UHGV virus genome: UHGV-0086921 | DNA from: a virus | Direction: 5' to 3' (one strand) | DNA: 18,433 bases | In this document: positions 1 through 9,605 of the stretch, piece after piece | How positions within the stretch are numbered: the stretch's first letter is position 1 | Layout of the letters: every line of letters starts with the position of its first letter | The notes under the pieces: generated by a model | The model's database searches: none | Seen by the model: the letters and a program-made list of their open reading frames with translations, nothing else | What the model was told of the DNA's origin: nothing | Translations under genes and position numbers: made by a program

Positions 1-642
1 GAGTTTTGCCAGTGCATCCTCATCTTTCGTCTTAATGGCCTGAGCCAGTTTTTTAAGCCATGACATTACAGGCTTCTCCTTTGTTGTTGATGGGATGGAA
101 TCCCCGATTGCACAGCGGCCACCAGCACGCCCCCGGTCGATTCCGACAGCGAGGTGGTTACCTGTGATTTGGTATTGCTTGCCCTTACCGGGTGCCAGCT
201 GCTTGTACTGCGCGTCATAGCCACAGCTGACATCGGTCAGGCCAGAATTCACCGCGTCGATTGCTTCCTGCCGTTTAATCAGCACGTCAGCAATGAGCAG
301 ATCCGATTTATCGCCGGTGCCGCGCCGGACGTTCTGAATGTGTCCGTGTGCCAGCTCTGCGAAGTTAGAAGGGTTCACGAAAACGATGTTGCCCAGACTG
401 TCCTCTGGATGCCCCAGCGTGACGGCTACGCCCTCAAAGCTCGCCATCGTCTCCGGGGAAAACACCTCGTCTTCTGTTCGCCAGACTGTCACCGTGCCGG
501 TGCCGTCCGGTTCAAGGTCGATTTCCTCAGGTAAATAGACCTGCGTCCCTGTGCGTGCGATCGGCACGTCTTTACAAAGCAGAGAGCCGTCCGCCTGCAG
601 ATAGCGCGTTTCGCCCAGGCGTGTAGTGAAGAAATATTTCAT
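1..642 (-). CDS. Phage head assembly protein (putative scaffold or prohead protease), 5' portion; gene runs past the window start
   Basis: Minus-strand frame opens at the ATG near 642 ([22 protein letters not shown]...) and I translated it without a stop for 214 codons to position 1. It sits directly downstream of portal and head-morphogenesis genes, where scaffold/protease genes normally lie. Product is inferred from position only. Confidence 0.5.
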   Translation of the reverse strand, partial: MKYFFTTRLGETRYLQADGSLLCKDVPIARTGTQVYLPEEIDLEPDGTGTVTVWRTEDEVFSPETMASFEGVAVTLGHPEDSLGNIVFVNPSNFAELAHGHIQNVRRGTGDKSDLLIADVLIKRQEAIDAVNSGLTDVSCGYDAQYKQLAPGKGKQYQITGNHLAVGIDRGRAGGRCAIGDSIPSTTKEKPVMSWLKKLAQAIKTKDEDALAKL

Positions 643-903
643 GGGTTACCTGCTCGATTACGGGCAACAAAAAGGCCGCCCGGAGGCGACCTTGTGAGAT
701 GGGAAAAATGTTCGAAATAACGGGCTATTTAACATAAGGGTTCTTACCCGCACCGACGAAAATGGACTCGATTAAAATGTCCCCTTAAAGCCGTAAAAGT
801 AGCGATTAACTGGGCTGAAAATCGGTCTTTTCGAATACAACATTTTCATAACATTTCGCGGGTATTGCAGTTCGCATGAAATGAATGCTCAAAGCCGTAT
901 TTT

Positions 904-1656
904 TCATTTTCTCGGTGCAGGAATCTGTACTTCAGGCCAGCATTTGCAGTTCGGCAAACATCCGGCGTGTCCGGTCATACCGTCCAGCGTCGGCGGGTTA
1001 TCCCAGCGCACAAATTTATCTTTCATCTTGCGGTGAGAATCGCGCGTTCCGGCCCCCTCGATACGCCACCAGTAGCCCTCTGAGCCAACCGAAAGGGCTC
1101 TGGCCTGCGTCAGCGCGCCGGTAGCTCGTCCAATCTCTGTGCGGGCAATCAGTTGCGCCCTGCTGGCGGTCACGTCACCGGAGGCCATGATCATCTCGTA
1201 GAGTTCGTCCGGACGTTCACCAGTGATAACCGCCTGCATTGCGCGCTTTTGTATGTCCATCACGCGATCGGCTGCTTCCAGCGGCAGGGACTTCATCAGC
1301 TGAATCTGGCGGTACACGATATCCTGCGCCACCTGCCCGACGGGGGTATTACCCACCACATCGCGCAGGCCAGCGCCGATTTCCTCTGATACCGATTTCC
1401 ACTGATTCCATTCCTCCTGCTCGACCTGGGCAAACATCCTTCGCCCGACCTGCTCTGCCCAGTCGCTGATTACCTCGGAATAGTCCACCAGCGTTTTCGA
1501 AATGCTGTCAGCGCTGGCCTGTGAACCATCGTAGGTACCATCGACGATCTGCCCTATCTGGTTTGCTATCGCCAACAGGCTTTTTCGATACTGGATCTCC
1601 GAACGACGGCGGAGGGATGGTTTCAGGTTCATCCTCCTGCCACTGGGCCTTCGCAT
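904..1656 (-). CDS. Head morphogenesis protein (SPP1 gp7 / Mu F-like minor head protein)
   Basis: 250 aa ORF immediately downstream of the portal gene on the late strand; size and sequence character fit the MuF/gp7 family. Start is uncertain: the 1656 start has a GAGGA RBS but overlaps the portal 3' end by about 150 nt; alternatives are 1632 or 1437. Confidence 0.65.
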   Translation of the reverse strand: MRRPSGRRMNLKPSLRRRSEIQYRKSLLAIANQIGQIVDGTYDGSQASADSISKTLVDYSEVISDWAEQVGRRMFAQVEQEEWNQWKSVSEEIGAGLRDVVGNTPVGQVAQDIVYRQIQLMKSLPLEAADRVMDIQKRAMQAVITGERPDELYEMIMASGDVTASRAQLIARTEIGRATGALTQARALSVGSEGYWWRIEGAGTRDSHRKMKDKFVRWDNPPTLDGMTGHAGCLPNCKCWPEVQIPAPRK

Positions 1657-2977
1657 CTTCTATGTCCTCATCAGTGATAGAACCACCGATCCCAATCACA
1701 TCAGAAATGTTCCTGAGGTCGTTAAGCGCTGCTGCAGGCGTCATTCCGAGCTCACGAACGGCGGTACCGAGTGCGGTAACCACATTGTTCGCCATCGCTG
1801 CACGGTCCACGTCTGACATCTCCCAGAGCTTGTTAAACTCGAATGTAAAATCGTCAGGCAGTGGTTCACCGAACAGAGAGCGCCAGGAGATATCGAGCAG
1901 CCAGCGGATATGTCGGCGTAAGCGTCTCTCCTGCAGCGAGTTAACCCGGCTGTAGTAGTTTTCCAGATCGCCGTCGCCGGTGTTGAAACCTGCAGGGGAC
2001 TGCCCGAACAGACGGACGAGAGGAATTCCCGTCGCGCCGGAAACCTGCTCAGCAAAGCGCAGAAGGACATCAGCGATACCCGCAAACGTATAGCTGTGGG
2101 TTTCGAACTTATCCTTACCATCCATGATGGTCATGCCTTCGATGGTCTGGAACTGACGTATCATGTCCAGGTGCTTCATCAGCGCCTTTTCAAGGTCGCC
2201 TCCGGTAGCAAGAATCTTGCGCAGGTCTTCAATGCTGTAGGTCCGCAGATGCGCTTTGTGGATCAGCTGTGTGGTGCCGACGGTCGCAGTATCAAACGCC
2301 TCGATACGCTCGAAAATACGCTCCACGACAGACATCCCCCAGCCGTTTTCCGTCTGAGCCTGCTGGAAAGGAAGCGTATCGCCCTCCATGCGGATAACGC
2401 GGCTATGGTGGATCTTCCAGGGGGGAATCCCCTGCTGGTTCGTGATTACCTTGTAATATTTCGGTTTCCCAAAATCGGGACCGTAATCGGTAACGAGATC
2501 GTAATAACTCGGGTTAACCATCCAGCGGTCAAGGCTCATCACGCCCTTAAATTGCCCCTCTTTGATGCGATCCAGTTTAAGCGGGGAGGACATATCCTGC
2601 CCTTCAAGCAGGACCACCAGCACCGCGCCACCGTACAATCGTGACCATTTGAGGTTATCGTTAAGCCCATCCCATATAGCGAGCTCATCCCAGAAGGTTT
2701 CGAGCTCGCCCTTTTGTCCGGGCTTCAGCTTTGAGCTGATGTTAATCCCCTTGCGGGTCATATCATCGGCCATCGCATCCACACCGACACCAACGAGGAA
2801 CGATGAACGATACGCAAACTCCAGCATCACCCTGTTACGGCTGATGTACCCGGGCATGTACATTCCGCCCGTCTGTATGTTTCTGGTGTCGCTGCCAAGT
2901 TTGGCCGTGAAATTGTTGTACCCGTCAGCTGTCGCAACGGGCTTTTGTGCGCCGTTCTGGCGTTTCTTACGGGACAT
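1508..2977 (-). CDS. Portal protein
   Basis: About 490 aa ORF directly after the terminase large subunit, the conserved portal position. Preferred start is the internal ATG (MSRKKRQNG...) with a GGAG RBS, just after the TerL stop; the track ORF extends to 3010. Confidence 0.7.
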   Translation of the reverse strand: MSRKKRQNGAQKPVATADGYNNFTAKLGSDTRNIQTGGMYMPGYISRNRVMLEFAYRSSFLVGVGVDAMADDMTRKGINISSKLKPGQKGELETFWDELAIWDGLNDNLKWSRLYGGAVLVVLLEGQDMSSPLKLDRIKEGQFKGVMSLDRWMVNPSYYDLVTDYGPDFGKPKYYKVITNQQGIPPWKIHHSRVIRMEGDTLPFQQAQTENGWGMSVVERIFERIEAFDTATVGTTQLIHKAHLRTYSIEDLRKILATGGDLEKALMKHLDMIRQFQTIEGMTIMDGKDKFETHSYTFAGIADVLLRFAEQVSGATGIPLVRLFGQSPAGFNTGDGDLENYYSRVNSLQERRLRRHIRWLLDISWRSLFGEPLPDDFTFEFNKLWEMSDVDRAAMANNVVTALGTAVRELGMTPAAALNDLRNISDVIGIGGSITDEDIEDAKAQWQEDEPETIPPPSFGDPVSKKPVGDSKPDRADRRWYLRWFTGQR

Positions 2978-2978
2978 G

Positions 2979-4604
2979 TCACGCTCCGGCCAGTTTGGCC
3001 CAATTATCAAGAGAGGAATCCATCGGCGCGTAGTTAATCATCACGGCGTCAGCGAGGTTCGGCGACTTGGTGCCGTCAGGCTGTTTATCAACAACGATTT
3101 TCCCCACACCGTTAATGGAATAGGTCGGTTGCGACAGCTCGATGATGAGTTTGTCTTTGCTCGCCATGGCGCTGCTGATTGAGATAATTTCGTCCGGGTT
3201 GTAGGCCATTCCCTCAACCACGGCGCGATAGGTGTTCTGGAAAAGCTTGCGTAATTGCCACCAGCTCTGGGCCTTGGCGTTAGCAAAGAAGTCCTTGTTC
3301 AGGCGGGCGGCCTGTCCGTTGTCGCCGCGCACCGCTTCATCGTCCGGATCAAATACCGCGCCGCTACCACGAAACGGTGTGGCGAGTATTGACGGTCGGC
3401 GCGCTGCGTTACGCAGTTCGTTGATGGCGCGCGCATCGCCGCGAACGCCAGCACCCAGGCCGTCCTCGTCGAAGCGAAACTCTTCGAGGTTGTCCTGTTC
3501 GCAAAAGCCGAAGACCTTCTCAACAGACTGGTAAATGTCGCTGCCAACGCCGGACCATTCACGCACGTTCTCCAGAAGGAAGCCGTGACGGGTCGAAAAG
3601 GCGTTTTTGTCCCGGCCTTCGTCGGCGACGTCCATCGCGCCCAGTCGCTTGCCCGTTGGCTGAATACCAAGTTTGATATGCGCGTCGACGGCAGCCTGTA
3701 CCCAATCGGACGGGATCAGGACGCCTTCCGCAGATGCGCTGTAGTTCAGGTCAAGTTCCTGCGCCACCACCACCGGATTGTCGATTTTCTCGCACTCCCT
3801 GCGATACCACTCTTCATCCTTGCGCGGGTCATCTCGCCAGTGGAACGTGAATACTGGTATTTTTCCGCCGTGGCGCTTCTGCGCGAACGGGTTCGCCATG
3901 CCATTAACCGAGCTCAGGTCAATACGGCAACGGGTGGTTTGCGACAGCGCCGCATCAATCAACAGAGGACGCTGGAGGAATGCAGCTTCATCCACCAGGT
4001 AGAGCGTGGTACGGTCACCACGTCCGATATTGTCGCCAGCCTCGCCTTTGATAACCGCGCCAGTATCTGGAAACTCAACGCGCATATAAGGCGCATGCTT
4101 CTTCTCGTCCCACGAGCCACGAAACTCGATGGGCAGTGTTTCCACGAACTTTCGCGCCTTCCAGAACAGCGCCTTCGGGTCACCGGTGCTGTCGACGTAT
4201 TCCTCTTTACGGGAGCCGAAACCGATAACCATTTCTTTGTTGAAGAGGCAGAGCGAACAGGCCAGCCCGATCGCCGTCCAGCTGAGCCCCATTTCGCGGC
4301 TCTTTTCGGTGATGCCGTTCTCCAGTCGTTCGCGCCGCTCCATGATCCAGTGAATCCACTCTTCCTGTTTCGGGAACAGCAGAAAAGGGATGGTGACCGG
4401 CAGGCCATAATCGATGTTACGCGGGTCAGTAGTCATACCCCAGTCGATGATGAACTGTGCCGGGTTGGTGCGGTAAAACTGCTTTAGCGCTGGCAGCATT
4501 TCAGGGTTCTGGCGAATGCGCTGTAAGCGCTCCATCCGCCATTCAAAAACCATCTGGTAATCAGGGTTTCTGAAATCGAATTCAAACGGGAGAGGCATGA
4601 TCAC
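2979..4604 (-). CDS. Terminase large subunit
   Basis: 541 aa ORF between the small terminase and portal genes. It starts with GTG and overlaps the TerS stop by 4 nt (GTGA), indicating translational coupling. Size and position are typical of TerL (ATPase plus nuclease). Confidence 0.8.
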   Translation of the reverse strand: MIMPLPFEFDFRNPDYQMVFEWRMERLQRIRQNPEMLPALKQFYRTNPAQFIIDWGMTTDPRNIDYGLPVTIPFLLFPKQEEWIHWIMERRERLENGITEKSREMGLSWTAIGLACSLCLFNKEMVIGFGSRKEEYVDSTGDPKALFWKARKFVETLPIEFRGSWDEKKHAPYMRVEFPDTGAVIKGEAGDNIGRGDRTTLYLVDEAAFLQRPLLIDAALSQTTRCRIDLSSVNGMANPFAQKRHGGKIPVFTFHWRDDPRKDEEWYRRECEKIDNPVVVAQELDLNYSASAEGVLIPSDWVQAAVDAHIKLGIQPTGKRLGAMDVADEGRDKNAFSTRHGFLLENVREWSGVGSDIYQSVEKVFGFCEQDNLEEFRFDEDGLGAGVRGDARAINELRNAARRPSILATPFRGSGAVFDPDDEAVRGDNGQAARLNKDFFANAKAQSWWQLRKLFQNTYRAVVEGMAYNPDEIISISSAMASKDKLIIELSQPTYSINGVGKIVVDKQPDGTKSPNLADAVMINYAPMDSSLDNWAKLAGA

Positions 4605-5230
4605 CCCATCATCTTGCGGTAAATCTCTGCGGCCTGATCTGCGGTGAGGTTGGTCGTCTCGGTCTTGATCGGGCCGCCATCCGCACCAGTCAGTTCGGTT
4701 TTCTTAGGTGCTTCCCACCCCTGCAACTCAGCCAACTGCTTTATTGCTGCCTTCGGGTCGTGCATCTTCAGTTTGATACCATCTTTCCCTGAGATCAGCT
4801 CTGATACTGCGCTCATCGCGTCAGGGTCCTGAAGGGAAGAATCCTTGAAGCTCCAGACGGCTTGATAGACAGGATTTCCTTCTTCATCCTCCCCCACGAT
4901 GCTGTTACTAAACTCGGCGATATCGGCGATAGAAGCACGGCCCATTTTAGACAAACGCTTAAGAGCTTCATCGCGGGTCATAATGGCCTCGTCGATGATT
5001 TCACCTTGAACAGACTTAATGAACGCCTGAACGTCGCAATTTGTCGCAATTACGTGCGCAGCTTTGCGGAGGTTGTCCCCCTTCGCTTTCCCTCCTGCTT
5101 TGCGGTAAGCCTCGGTCTGATTCTTGCCCTTGATAATGGCTAAGCTGAATCTTTTCTGGAGCGGAGTCAGCACATCGAAAAGGCGCTGCTGTTCCGCCGT
5201 TAGCTTTTTCGATGCCATGATGGTTTCCAT
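4601..5230 (-). CDS. Terminase small subunit
   Basis: 209 aa ORF immediately upstream of and overlapping TerL; N-terminal helix-rich region ([28 protein letters not shown]...) is typical of small terminase DNA-binding domains. The true start may be the second ATG (MASKK...). Confidence 0.65.
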   Translation of the reverse strand: METIMASKKLTAEQQRLFDVLTPLQKRFSLAIIKGKNQTEAYRKAGGKAKGDNLRKAAHVIATNCDVQAFIKSVQGEIIDEAIMTRDEALKRLSKMGRASIADIAEFSNSIVGEDEEGNPVYQAVWSFKDSSLQDPDAMSAVSELISGKDGIKLKMHDPKAAIKQLAELQGWEAPKKTELTGADGGPIKTETTNLTADQAAEIYRKMMG

Positions 5231-5284
5231 AAGTTGTTAACATTATCGAAGCCCCTCATAGAGAAGGGCTCCTGTAATGCCCGG

Positions 5285-6016
5285 TCAGTCCTTAATGAAC
5301 TCTTCCGTGTGAATGCCGATTTCACCAGTAAGCAGCTGAGCACTGGTTGCGTCGATGCTCACTGATGTATGAGGGTTGGCGTTTTCGTTAAGCCATTTGA
5401 TTACCGGATTCACTACGTCTTCGAAGGAGGAGCTGCGAGCCTTATTAACGTCGGAAACGTGGCAGTCACCAAGGCATGGGCCTTTATCGGAAAAACAGTT
5501 AACGCAGGAATGATCGTGGATTTTCTCAGGGACGCTAAAAGTCTCATGAAAACCATGGCCTTCTTGGTACCAGCGCCAACAAGCGCGATATTCATAATCG
5601 ACCGCCTCGTCATGCAACTGCCAAAGCAGATCAGGATTGCTAATGAGCTCATGGCAGATTTTAGGCTGATAGCCTTCCCCAATGGCCTGCTTGATATATT
5701 CAATCATGGCCTCGCGTGAGGGTGGCTTAGTCTGCTCTTCCTGAGTCCCGTCAGTTTCATCATCATATTCAAACACCGGGAAGCAACGCACACTGTCAAC
5801 GAGGTGGTCACGAAAGATACGGGTTTCCAGCGAATCGGGCGCTGTAAACAACTCAATATTTACTCCGGAACCGAGGTTAATTTTCGGTTTATCTTTCGAG
5901 TACCCCTCAAACAACAGGCTTTCGACCAGATTGTGGGCGTTGATAATGCCGGGAAGCTTGCCGGAAGGCTGAGAAAGCTGCAGAAGCTGAACTTTCCAAT
6001 ACTTGATAACTTTCAT
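5285..6016 (-). CDS. Hypothetical Cys/His-rich protein (orphan moron between lysis and packaging modules)
   Basis: 244 aa from the internal ATG (MKVIKYWKVQ...), which has an AAGGA RBS about 8 nt upstream. C-terminal half carries clustered Cys/His (CHELISNPD...HDHSCVNCFSDKGPCLGDCH). I recognise no family. Confidence 0.5.
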   Translation of the reverse strand: MKVIKYWKVQLLQLSQPSGKLPGIINAHNLVESLLFEGYSKDKPKINLGSGVNIELFTAPDSLETRIFRDHLVDSVRCFPVFEYDDETDGTQEEQTKPPSREAMIEYIKQAIGEGYQPKICHELISNPDLLWQLHDEAVDYEYRACWRWYQEGHGFHETFSVPEKIHDHSCVNCFSDKGPCLGDCHVSDVNKARSSSFEDVVNPVIKWLNENANPHTSVSIDATSAQLLTGEIGIHTEEFIKD

Positions 6017-6139
6017 GCTGTTTTCCTTTAGATGTGAGCCTGTCGTACAGGAACGCCGCCCGAGAGAGGTCGCCACCTTTAACGGCGTTCCTCAGGCTCA
6101 CGACTGAAAGACTCTCGATGGTTTGCGTGTACGATACGC

Positions 6140-6170
6140 ATAAAAAAGCCCCGCTATTGCGAGGCTCTTG
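6140..6170 (-). terminator. Putative intrinsic terminator downstream of the lysis cassette
   Basis: On the minus strand, a GCCTCGC...GCGGGGC hairpin followed by TTTTTT, overlapping the end of the Rz1 reading frame. Confidence 0.4.
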
Positions 6171-6417
6171 ATGATTCGATTTTCCTGATTGCTGCCTTAT
6201 CCAGATTGCACTGCCCCAGCGCCGTGTAGAGCTGAGCGTTTAACTCCAGACTTGCCTGCCACGTGAACGGAACCGTCATTCCGGGGATCGGCGTGTCAGC
6301 TGTCAGGTCAGCGCTTATCGGCACCACCGGGGCCGGAACGTAAACTGTTTTGGTATTCCCGCAGGCTGTCAGCAGCGGCAGCAGGAACAAGCTGGTTAGC
6401 ACACGGATCGCCTTCAA
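6154..6417 (-). CDS. Rz1: o-spanin (Rz1-like outer-membrane lipoprotein), overlapped architecture
   Basis: Alternate frame overlapping the 3' part of Rz encodes a lipoprotein signal with lipobox (…[22 protein letters not shown]…) followed by a Pro-rich segment. Start is probably a TTG (giving [19 protein letters not shown]); the first in-frame ATG would put the start at 6477. Confidence 0.55.
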   Translation of the reverse strand: MKAIRVLTSLFLLPLLTACGNTKTVYVPAPVVPISADLTADTPIPGMTVPFTWQASLELNAQLYTALGQCNLDKAAIRKIESSRASQ

Positions 6418-6685
6418 GCGCCTGCCTGATGTAGACAATGCGTGTCTCGCCTTTTTTGGCCAGTTCGTTCTTTGCATTCTGGGTAGCCTGTGAGATGTCA
6501 CGGATGAGGTTCATCGTGGTGATCACGTTTCTGGTGATCGCCTCCGATGTGTCTGCCCTGACCGTCGCCTTGTCACGCTGTTCTTTGTAGGCGATGGCGT
6601 TATCACGGTAATGATTAACAGCCCATGACAGGCAGACGATGATGCAGATAACCAGAGCGGAGATAATCGCGGTGACTCTGCTCAT
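6308..6685 (-). CDS. Rz: i-spanin (Rz)
   Basis: N-terminus [31 protein letters not shown] matches lambda Rz as I recall it (transmembrane anchor), then diverges. It overlaps the endolysin stop by 4 nt. Confidence 0.8.
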   Translation of the reverse strand: MSRVTAIISALVICIIVCLSWAVNHYRDNAIAYKEQRDKATVRADTSEAITRNVITTMNLIRDISQATQNAKNELAKKGETRIVYIRQALEGDPCANQLVPAAAADSLREYQNSLRSGPGGADKR

Positions 6686-7158
6686 ACCTCAATCTCTCTG
6701 ACCGTTCCGCCAGCTTCTTTGAATTTTGCAATCAGGCTGTCAGCCTTATGCTCGAACTGACCATAACCAGCGCCCGGCAGTGAAGCCCAGATATTGCTGC
6801 AACGGTCGATAGCCTGACGAATATCACCGCGATCAATCATCGGCAAAGCGCCACGTTCCTTAATCTGCTGCAATGCCACAGCGTCCTGGCTTTTCGGAGA
6901 GAAATCTTTCAGGCCAAGTTGCTTACGGTAGGCATCCCACCAACGGGAAAGAAGCTGGTAACGTCCGGCTGCTGTTGATTTGAGTTTTGGGTTTAGCGTG
7001 ACAAGTTTGCGAGGGTGATCTGAGTAATCAGTGAATAGCTCTCCGCCAACAATGACGTCATAACCATGATTTCTGGTTTTCTGTCGTCCGTTATCTGTTC
7101 CCTCTGACCACGCCAGCATATCTAGGAACGCCTTACGTTGATTATTGATTTCCACCAT
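6682..7158 (-). CDS. R: Endolysin R (lytic transglycosylase)
   Basis: 158 aa [51 protein letters not shown]..., essentially the lambda R protein as I recall it. Confidence 0.95.
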   Translation of the reverse strand: MVEINNQRKAFLDMLAWSEGTDNGRQKTRNHGYDVIVGGELFTDYSDHPRKLVTLNPKLKSTAAGRYQLLSRWWDAYRKQLGLKDFSPKSQDAVALQQIKERGALPMIDRGDIRQAIDRCSNIWASLPGAGYGQFEHKADSLIAKFKEAGGTVREIEV

Positions 7159-7465
7159 CTTCTACTCCGGCTTTTTTAGCAGCGAAGCGTTTGATAAGCG
7201 AACCAATCGAGTCAGTACCGATGTAGCCGATGAACACGCTCGTTATATAAGCGAGATTGCTACTTAGTCCGGCGAAGTCGAGAAGGTCACGAATGAACCA
7301 GGCGATAATGGCGCACATCGTTGCGTCGATTACTGTTTTTGTAAACGCACCACCATTATATCTGCCGCGAAGGTACGCCATTGCAAACGCAAGGATTGCC
7401 CCGATGCCTTGTTCCTTTGCCGCGAGAATGGCGGCTAACAGGTCATTTTTTTCTGGCATCTTCAT
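7142..7465 (-). CDS. S: Holin S (class I holin with dual-start motif)
   Basis: 107 aa [39 protein letters not shown]..., near-identical to lambda S105/S107 including the Met-Lys-Met dual start. Confidence 0.95.
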   Translation of the reverse strand: MKMPEKNDLLAAILAAKEQGIGAILAFAMAYLRGRYNGGAFTKTVIDATMCAIIAWFIRDLLDFAGLSSNLAYITSVFIGYIGTDSIGSLIKRFAAKKAGVEDGGNQ

Positions 7466-8302
7466 GTCTTACCCCCAATAAGGGGACTTGCTCTATTTAA
7501 TTAGGAATAAGGTCGATTACTGATAGAACAAATCCAGGCTACTGTGTTTAGTAATCAGATTTGTTCGTGACCGATATGCACGGGCAAAACGGCAGGATGT
7601 TGTTAGCGCAACCTCTTGCCACCCGCTTTCACGAAGGTCATGTGTAGAAGGCAGAAGCGTAACTATCACTAATGAATTCAGGCCAGACAGTGGCTACGGC
7701 TCAGTTTGGGTTGTGCTGTTGCTGGGCGGCGATGACGCCTGTACGCATTTGGTGATCCGGTTCTGCTTCCGGTATTCGCTTAATTCAGCACAACGGAAAG
7801 AGCATTTATGGCTCGCATCGCGGGAAAAAACCCACGGTAGAGAGTCGAACTCTACAAATACTCTTACCTGCTGTGCGCTCCGTTTCGTGGAGCTAACGGC
7901 AACGACATTACCGGATTATTCGCTGCACCCTTGAGGGATTTACTAAGGCGACATGCCCGTTGTTACCCACGAATGAAAGCTCTATCTTTCGAACAGACTT
8001 TGCGCGCAAGAACGACGATAAATCATAAAGCTCTCATTGGTGGGTGCCCATTATTAATCACAGCGGGCCACTGCGCCGAATTTGTTCACAAGGAATCGGA
8101 AGACCTTGCTGACTTACAGGCTATTACGCCGCCATCAGAACAACATCATCGTTTGCATTTATCTTTGTGGTCAGTTTCTAAAAACCCGCAAAGTCGCCAA
8201 CTCTGACGAAAACTATCGTTGTGCTGCCACAACGATAAGAGCACTCGGTGCATTTAAGCCAAGCCCCATAAGGGAGAATGCTCTTACCTGTTGTGCAAAC
8301 GC

Positions 8303-8331
8303 AAAAAGCCCCGAGCTATTAACTCAGGGCT
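8303..8331 (-). terminator. tR'-like terminator of the short pR' leader transcript
   Basis: Minus-strand hairpin AGCCCTGAG...CTCGGGGCT followed by TTTTT, about 40-60 nt downstream of the pR' start. It is followed by the CACAACAGGTAAGAGCATT motif that follows tR' in lambda. Confidence 0.5.
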
Positions 8332-8366
8332 TTATTTAACGAGTGCATTTATCCATCGTTGAGTCA

Positions 8367-8395
8367 AATTTACCCAACTTTATTCAATAAGTCAA
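8367..8395 (-). promoter_or_regulatory. Late promoter pR' (Q-dependent antitermination site)
   Basis: Minus strand reads TTGACT, 17 bp spacer, TAAATT, just downstream of the Q stop. This matches my memory of lambda pR' (TTGACTTATTGAATAAA.TTGGGTAAATTTGACTCAACGATGG). Confidence 0.6.
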
Positions 8396-8437
8396 TATCA
8401 TGCCGTTAATATGTTGCCATCCGTGGCAATCATGCTG

Positions 8438-9061
8438 CTAACGTGTGACCGCATTCAAAATATTGTCTGCGATTGACTCTTCCTTGTGGCATTGCACCAC
8501 CAGAGCGTCATACAGCGGCTTAACAGTGCGTGACCAGGTGGGTTGGGTAAGGTTTGGGATTAGCATCGTCACAGCGCGATATGCTGCGCTTGCTGGCATC
8601 CTTGAATAGCCGACGCCTTTGCATCTTCCGCACTCTTTCTCGACAACTCTCCCCCACTGCTCTGTTTTGGCTATATCAACCGCACGGCCTGTACCGTGGC
8701 AATCTCTGCATCTTGCGCCCGGCGTCGCGGCACTACGGCAATAATCCGCATAAGCGAATGTTGCGAGCACTTGCAGTACCTTTGCCTTAGTATTTCCTTC
8801 AAGTTTTGCAACGCCACGGTATTTCCCCGATACCTTGTGTGCAAATTGCATCAGATAGTTGATAGCCTTTTGTTTGTCGTTCTGGCTGAGTTCATGCTTA
8901 CCGCAGAATGCAGCCATTCCGAATCCGGCTTGTGATTGCGCCATCCCCATAGCAGCCATCACATCAGTACCGGAAAGAGAGTCAGAAGCCGTAGCCCGTG
9001 GTGAGTCGCTCATCATCGGGCTTTTTGGCGAATGAAATTTAGCTACGCTTTCGAGTCTCAT
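8438..9061 (-). CDS. Q: Late-gene antiterminator Q
   Basis: 207 aa MRLESVAKFHSPKSPMMSDSPRATASDSLSGTDVMAAMGMAQSQAGFGMAAFCGKHELS..., essentially lambda Q as I recall it. Confidence 0.95.
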   Translation of the reverse strand: MRLESVAKFHSPKSPMMSDSPRATASDSLSGTDVMAAMGMAQSQAGFGMAAFCGKHELSQNDKQKAINYLMQFAHKVSGKYRGVAKLEGNTKAKVLQVLATFAYADYCRSAATPGARCRDCHGTGRAVDIAKTEQWGRVVEKECGRCKGVGYSRMPASAAYRAVTMLIPNLTQPTWSRTVKPLYDALVVQCHKEESIADNILNAVTR

Positions 9062-9246
9062 GGCCTTCCCCTTTTGCCCTGTTTGACCATCAGGACGCCG
9101 TTAACTATTACGTGACGCTCGCCTTTGCTGTCTCGGTTGTACTTGAGCACTGTTCCTCTTGCGCAGGAAAGCATCCTTGCCACTTCGGTCTGATTGCCTC
9201 GTGTCTGGATAAGAAGCTCTGGTATCGTTTGAATTGTGGCGTTCAT
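9058..9246 (-). CDS. ninH: NinH-like small DNA-binding protein
   Basis: 62 aa immediately upstream of Q with an ATGA overlap; the motif GNQTEVARMLSCARGTVLKY resembles lambda NinH (GNQTEVARRLKCSRGTVRKY). Confidence 0.7.
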   Translation of the reverse strand: MNATIQTIPELLIQTRGNQTEVARMLSCARGTVLKYNRDSKGERHVIVNGVLMVKQGKRGRP

Positions 9247-9605
9247 GCGTTCTCCAGTTCGGTGATTTTTATTCCAAGCCTTCCACCTGGTACTTTCACA
9301 CCACGAATTACGCGAATGTCATCGAATTGCTCGTCGTCTTCCGCAAATCCGGCGTGGATAAGGGAGTCGAGTAAACCTTTCAGGATGTTGTCGAGGTCGC
9401 GGCGGCGGGAGTCCGGAACGTCTGCGATTACTTTGATGCGGAGTCGTGATTTGGTGAAAATGTCTAACTTAAGTTGGCGGATGATTTGCTGAACGTCTTT
9501 TCGGTATTTCTGGCCTTTATCGCTGATGTAGTATTGGCTTCCCCGTCTTCGCCAGTAGGTATTCACCGACGGCGGGTATGGAAGCACAAACTGATATTCG
9601 TTCAT
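9243..9605 (-). CDS. rusA: Holliday-junction resolvase RusA
   Basis: 120 aa with RusA-family features (VPDSRRRDLDNILKGLLDSL...GF..DD.Q...IRV.RG) similar to the DLP12 RusA; overlaps neighbours by 4 nt. Confidence 0.85.
   Translation of the reverse strand: MNEYQFVLPYPPSVNTYWRRRGSQYYISDKGQKYRKDVQQIIRQLKLDIFTKSRLRIKVIADVPDSRRRDLDNILKGLLDSLIHAGFAEDDEQFDDIRVIRGVKVPGGRLGIKITELENA

Noticed and set aside
154-538. Plus-strand ORFs 154..534 and 338..538
   Set aside because: They are antisense to a continuous 214-codon minus-strand head-gene frame that fits the operon; no RBS context; likely shadow ORFs.
3585-4487. 300 aa plus-strand ORF, plus other antisense ORFs (1521..1955, 2096..2644, 2562..3182, 3232..3534)
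   Set aside because: All lie antisense inside the terminase and portal genes, which are strongly supported by position, size and coupling; Arg/Ser-rich low-complexity translations typical of antisense frames in GC-balanced coding DNA.
5907-6101. 64 aa minus-strand ORF overlapping the start of the Cys/His-rich gene
   Set aside because: It overlaps the better-supported 5285..6016 gene in another frame and spans its RBS/terminator region; no independent support.
7800-7880. Possible tRNA or tRNA fragment in the Q-S interval (GTAGAG-TTCGACT-CTCTAC T-arm-like hairpin)
   Set aside because: No full cloverleaf can be drawn: the distance to a complementary acceptor strand is too short, and there is no CCA or D-arm. 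The sequence around it matches the lambda S-upstream region. More likely a terminator-like hairpin.
7931-8206. 91 aa plus-strand ORF inside the tR'-S insertion
   Set aside because: It starts at TTG with no Shine-Dalgarno, runs antisense to late transcription, and has a low-complexity composition. Kept only as something to test for conservation, not called as a gene.
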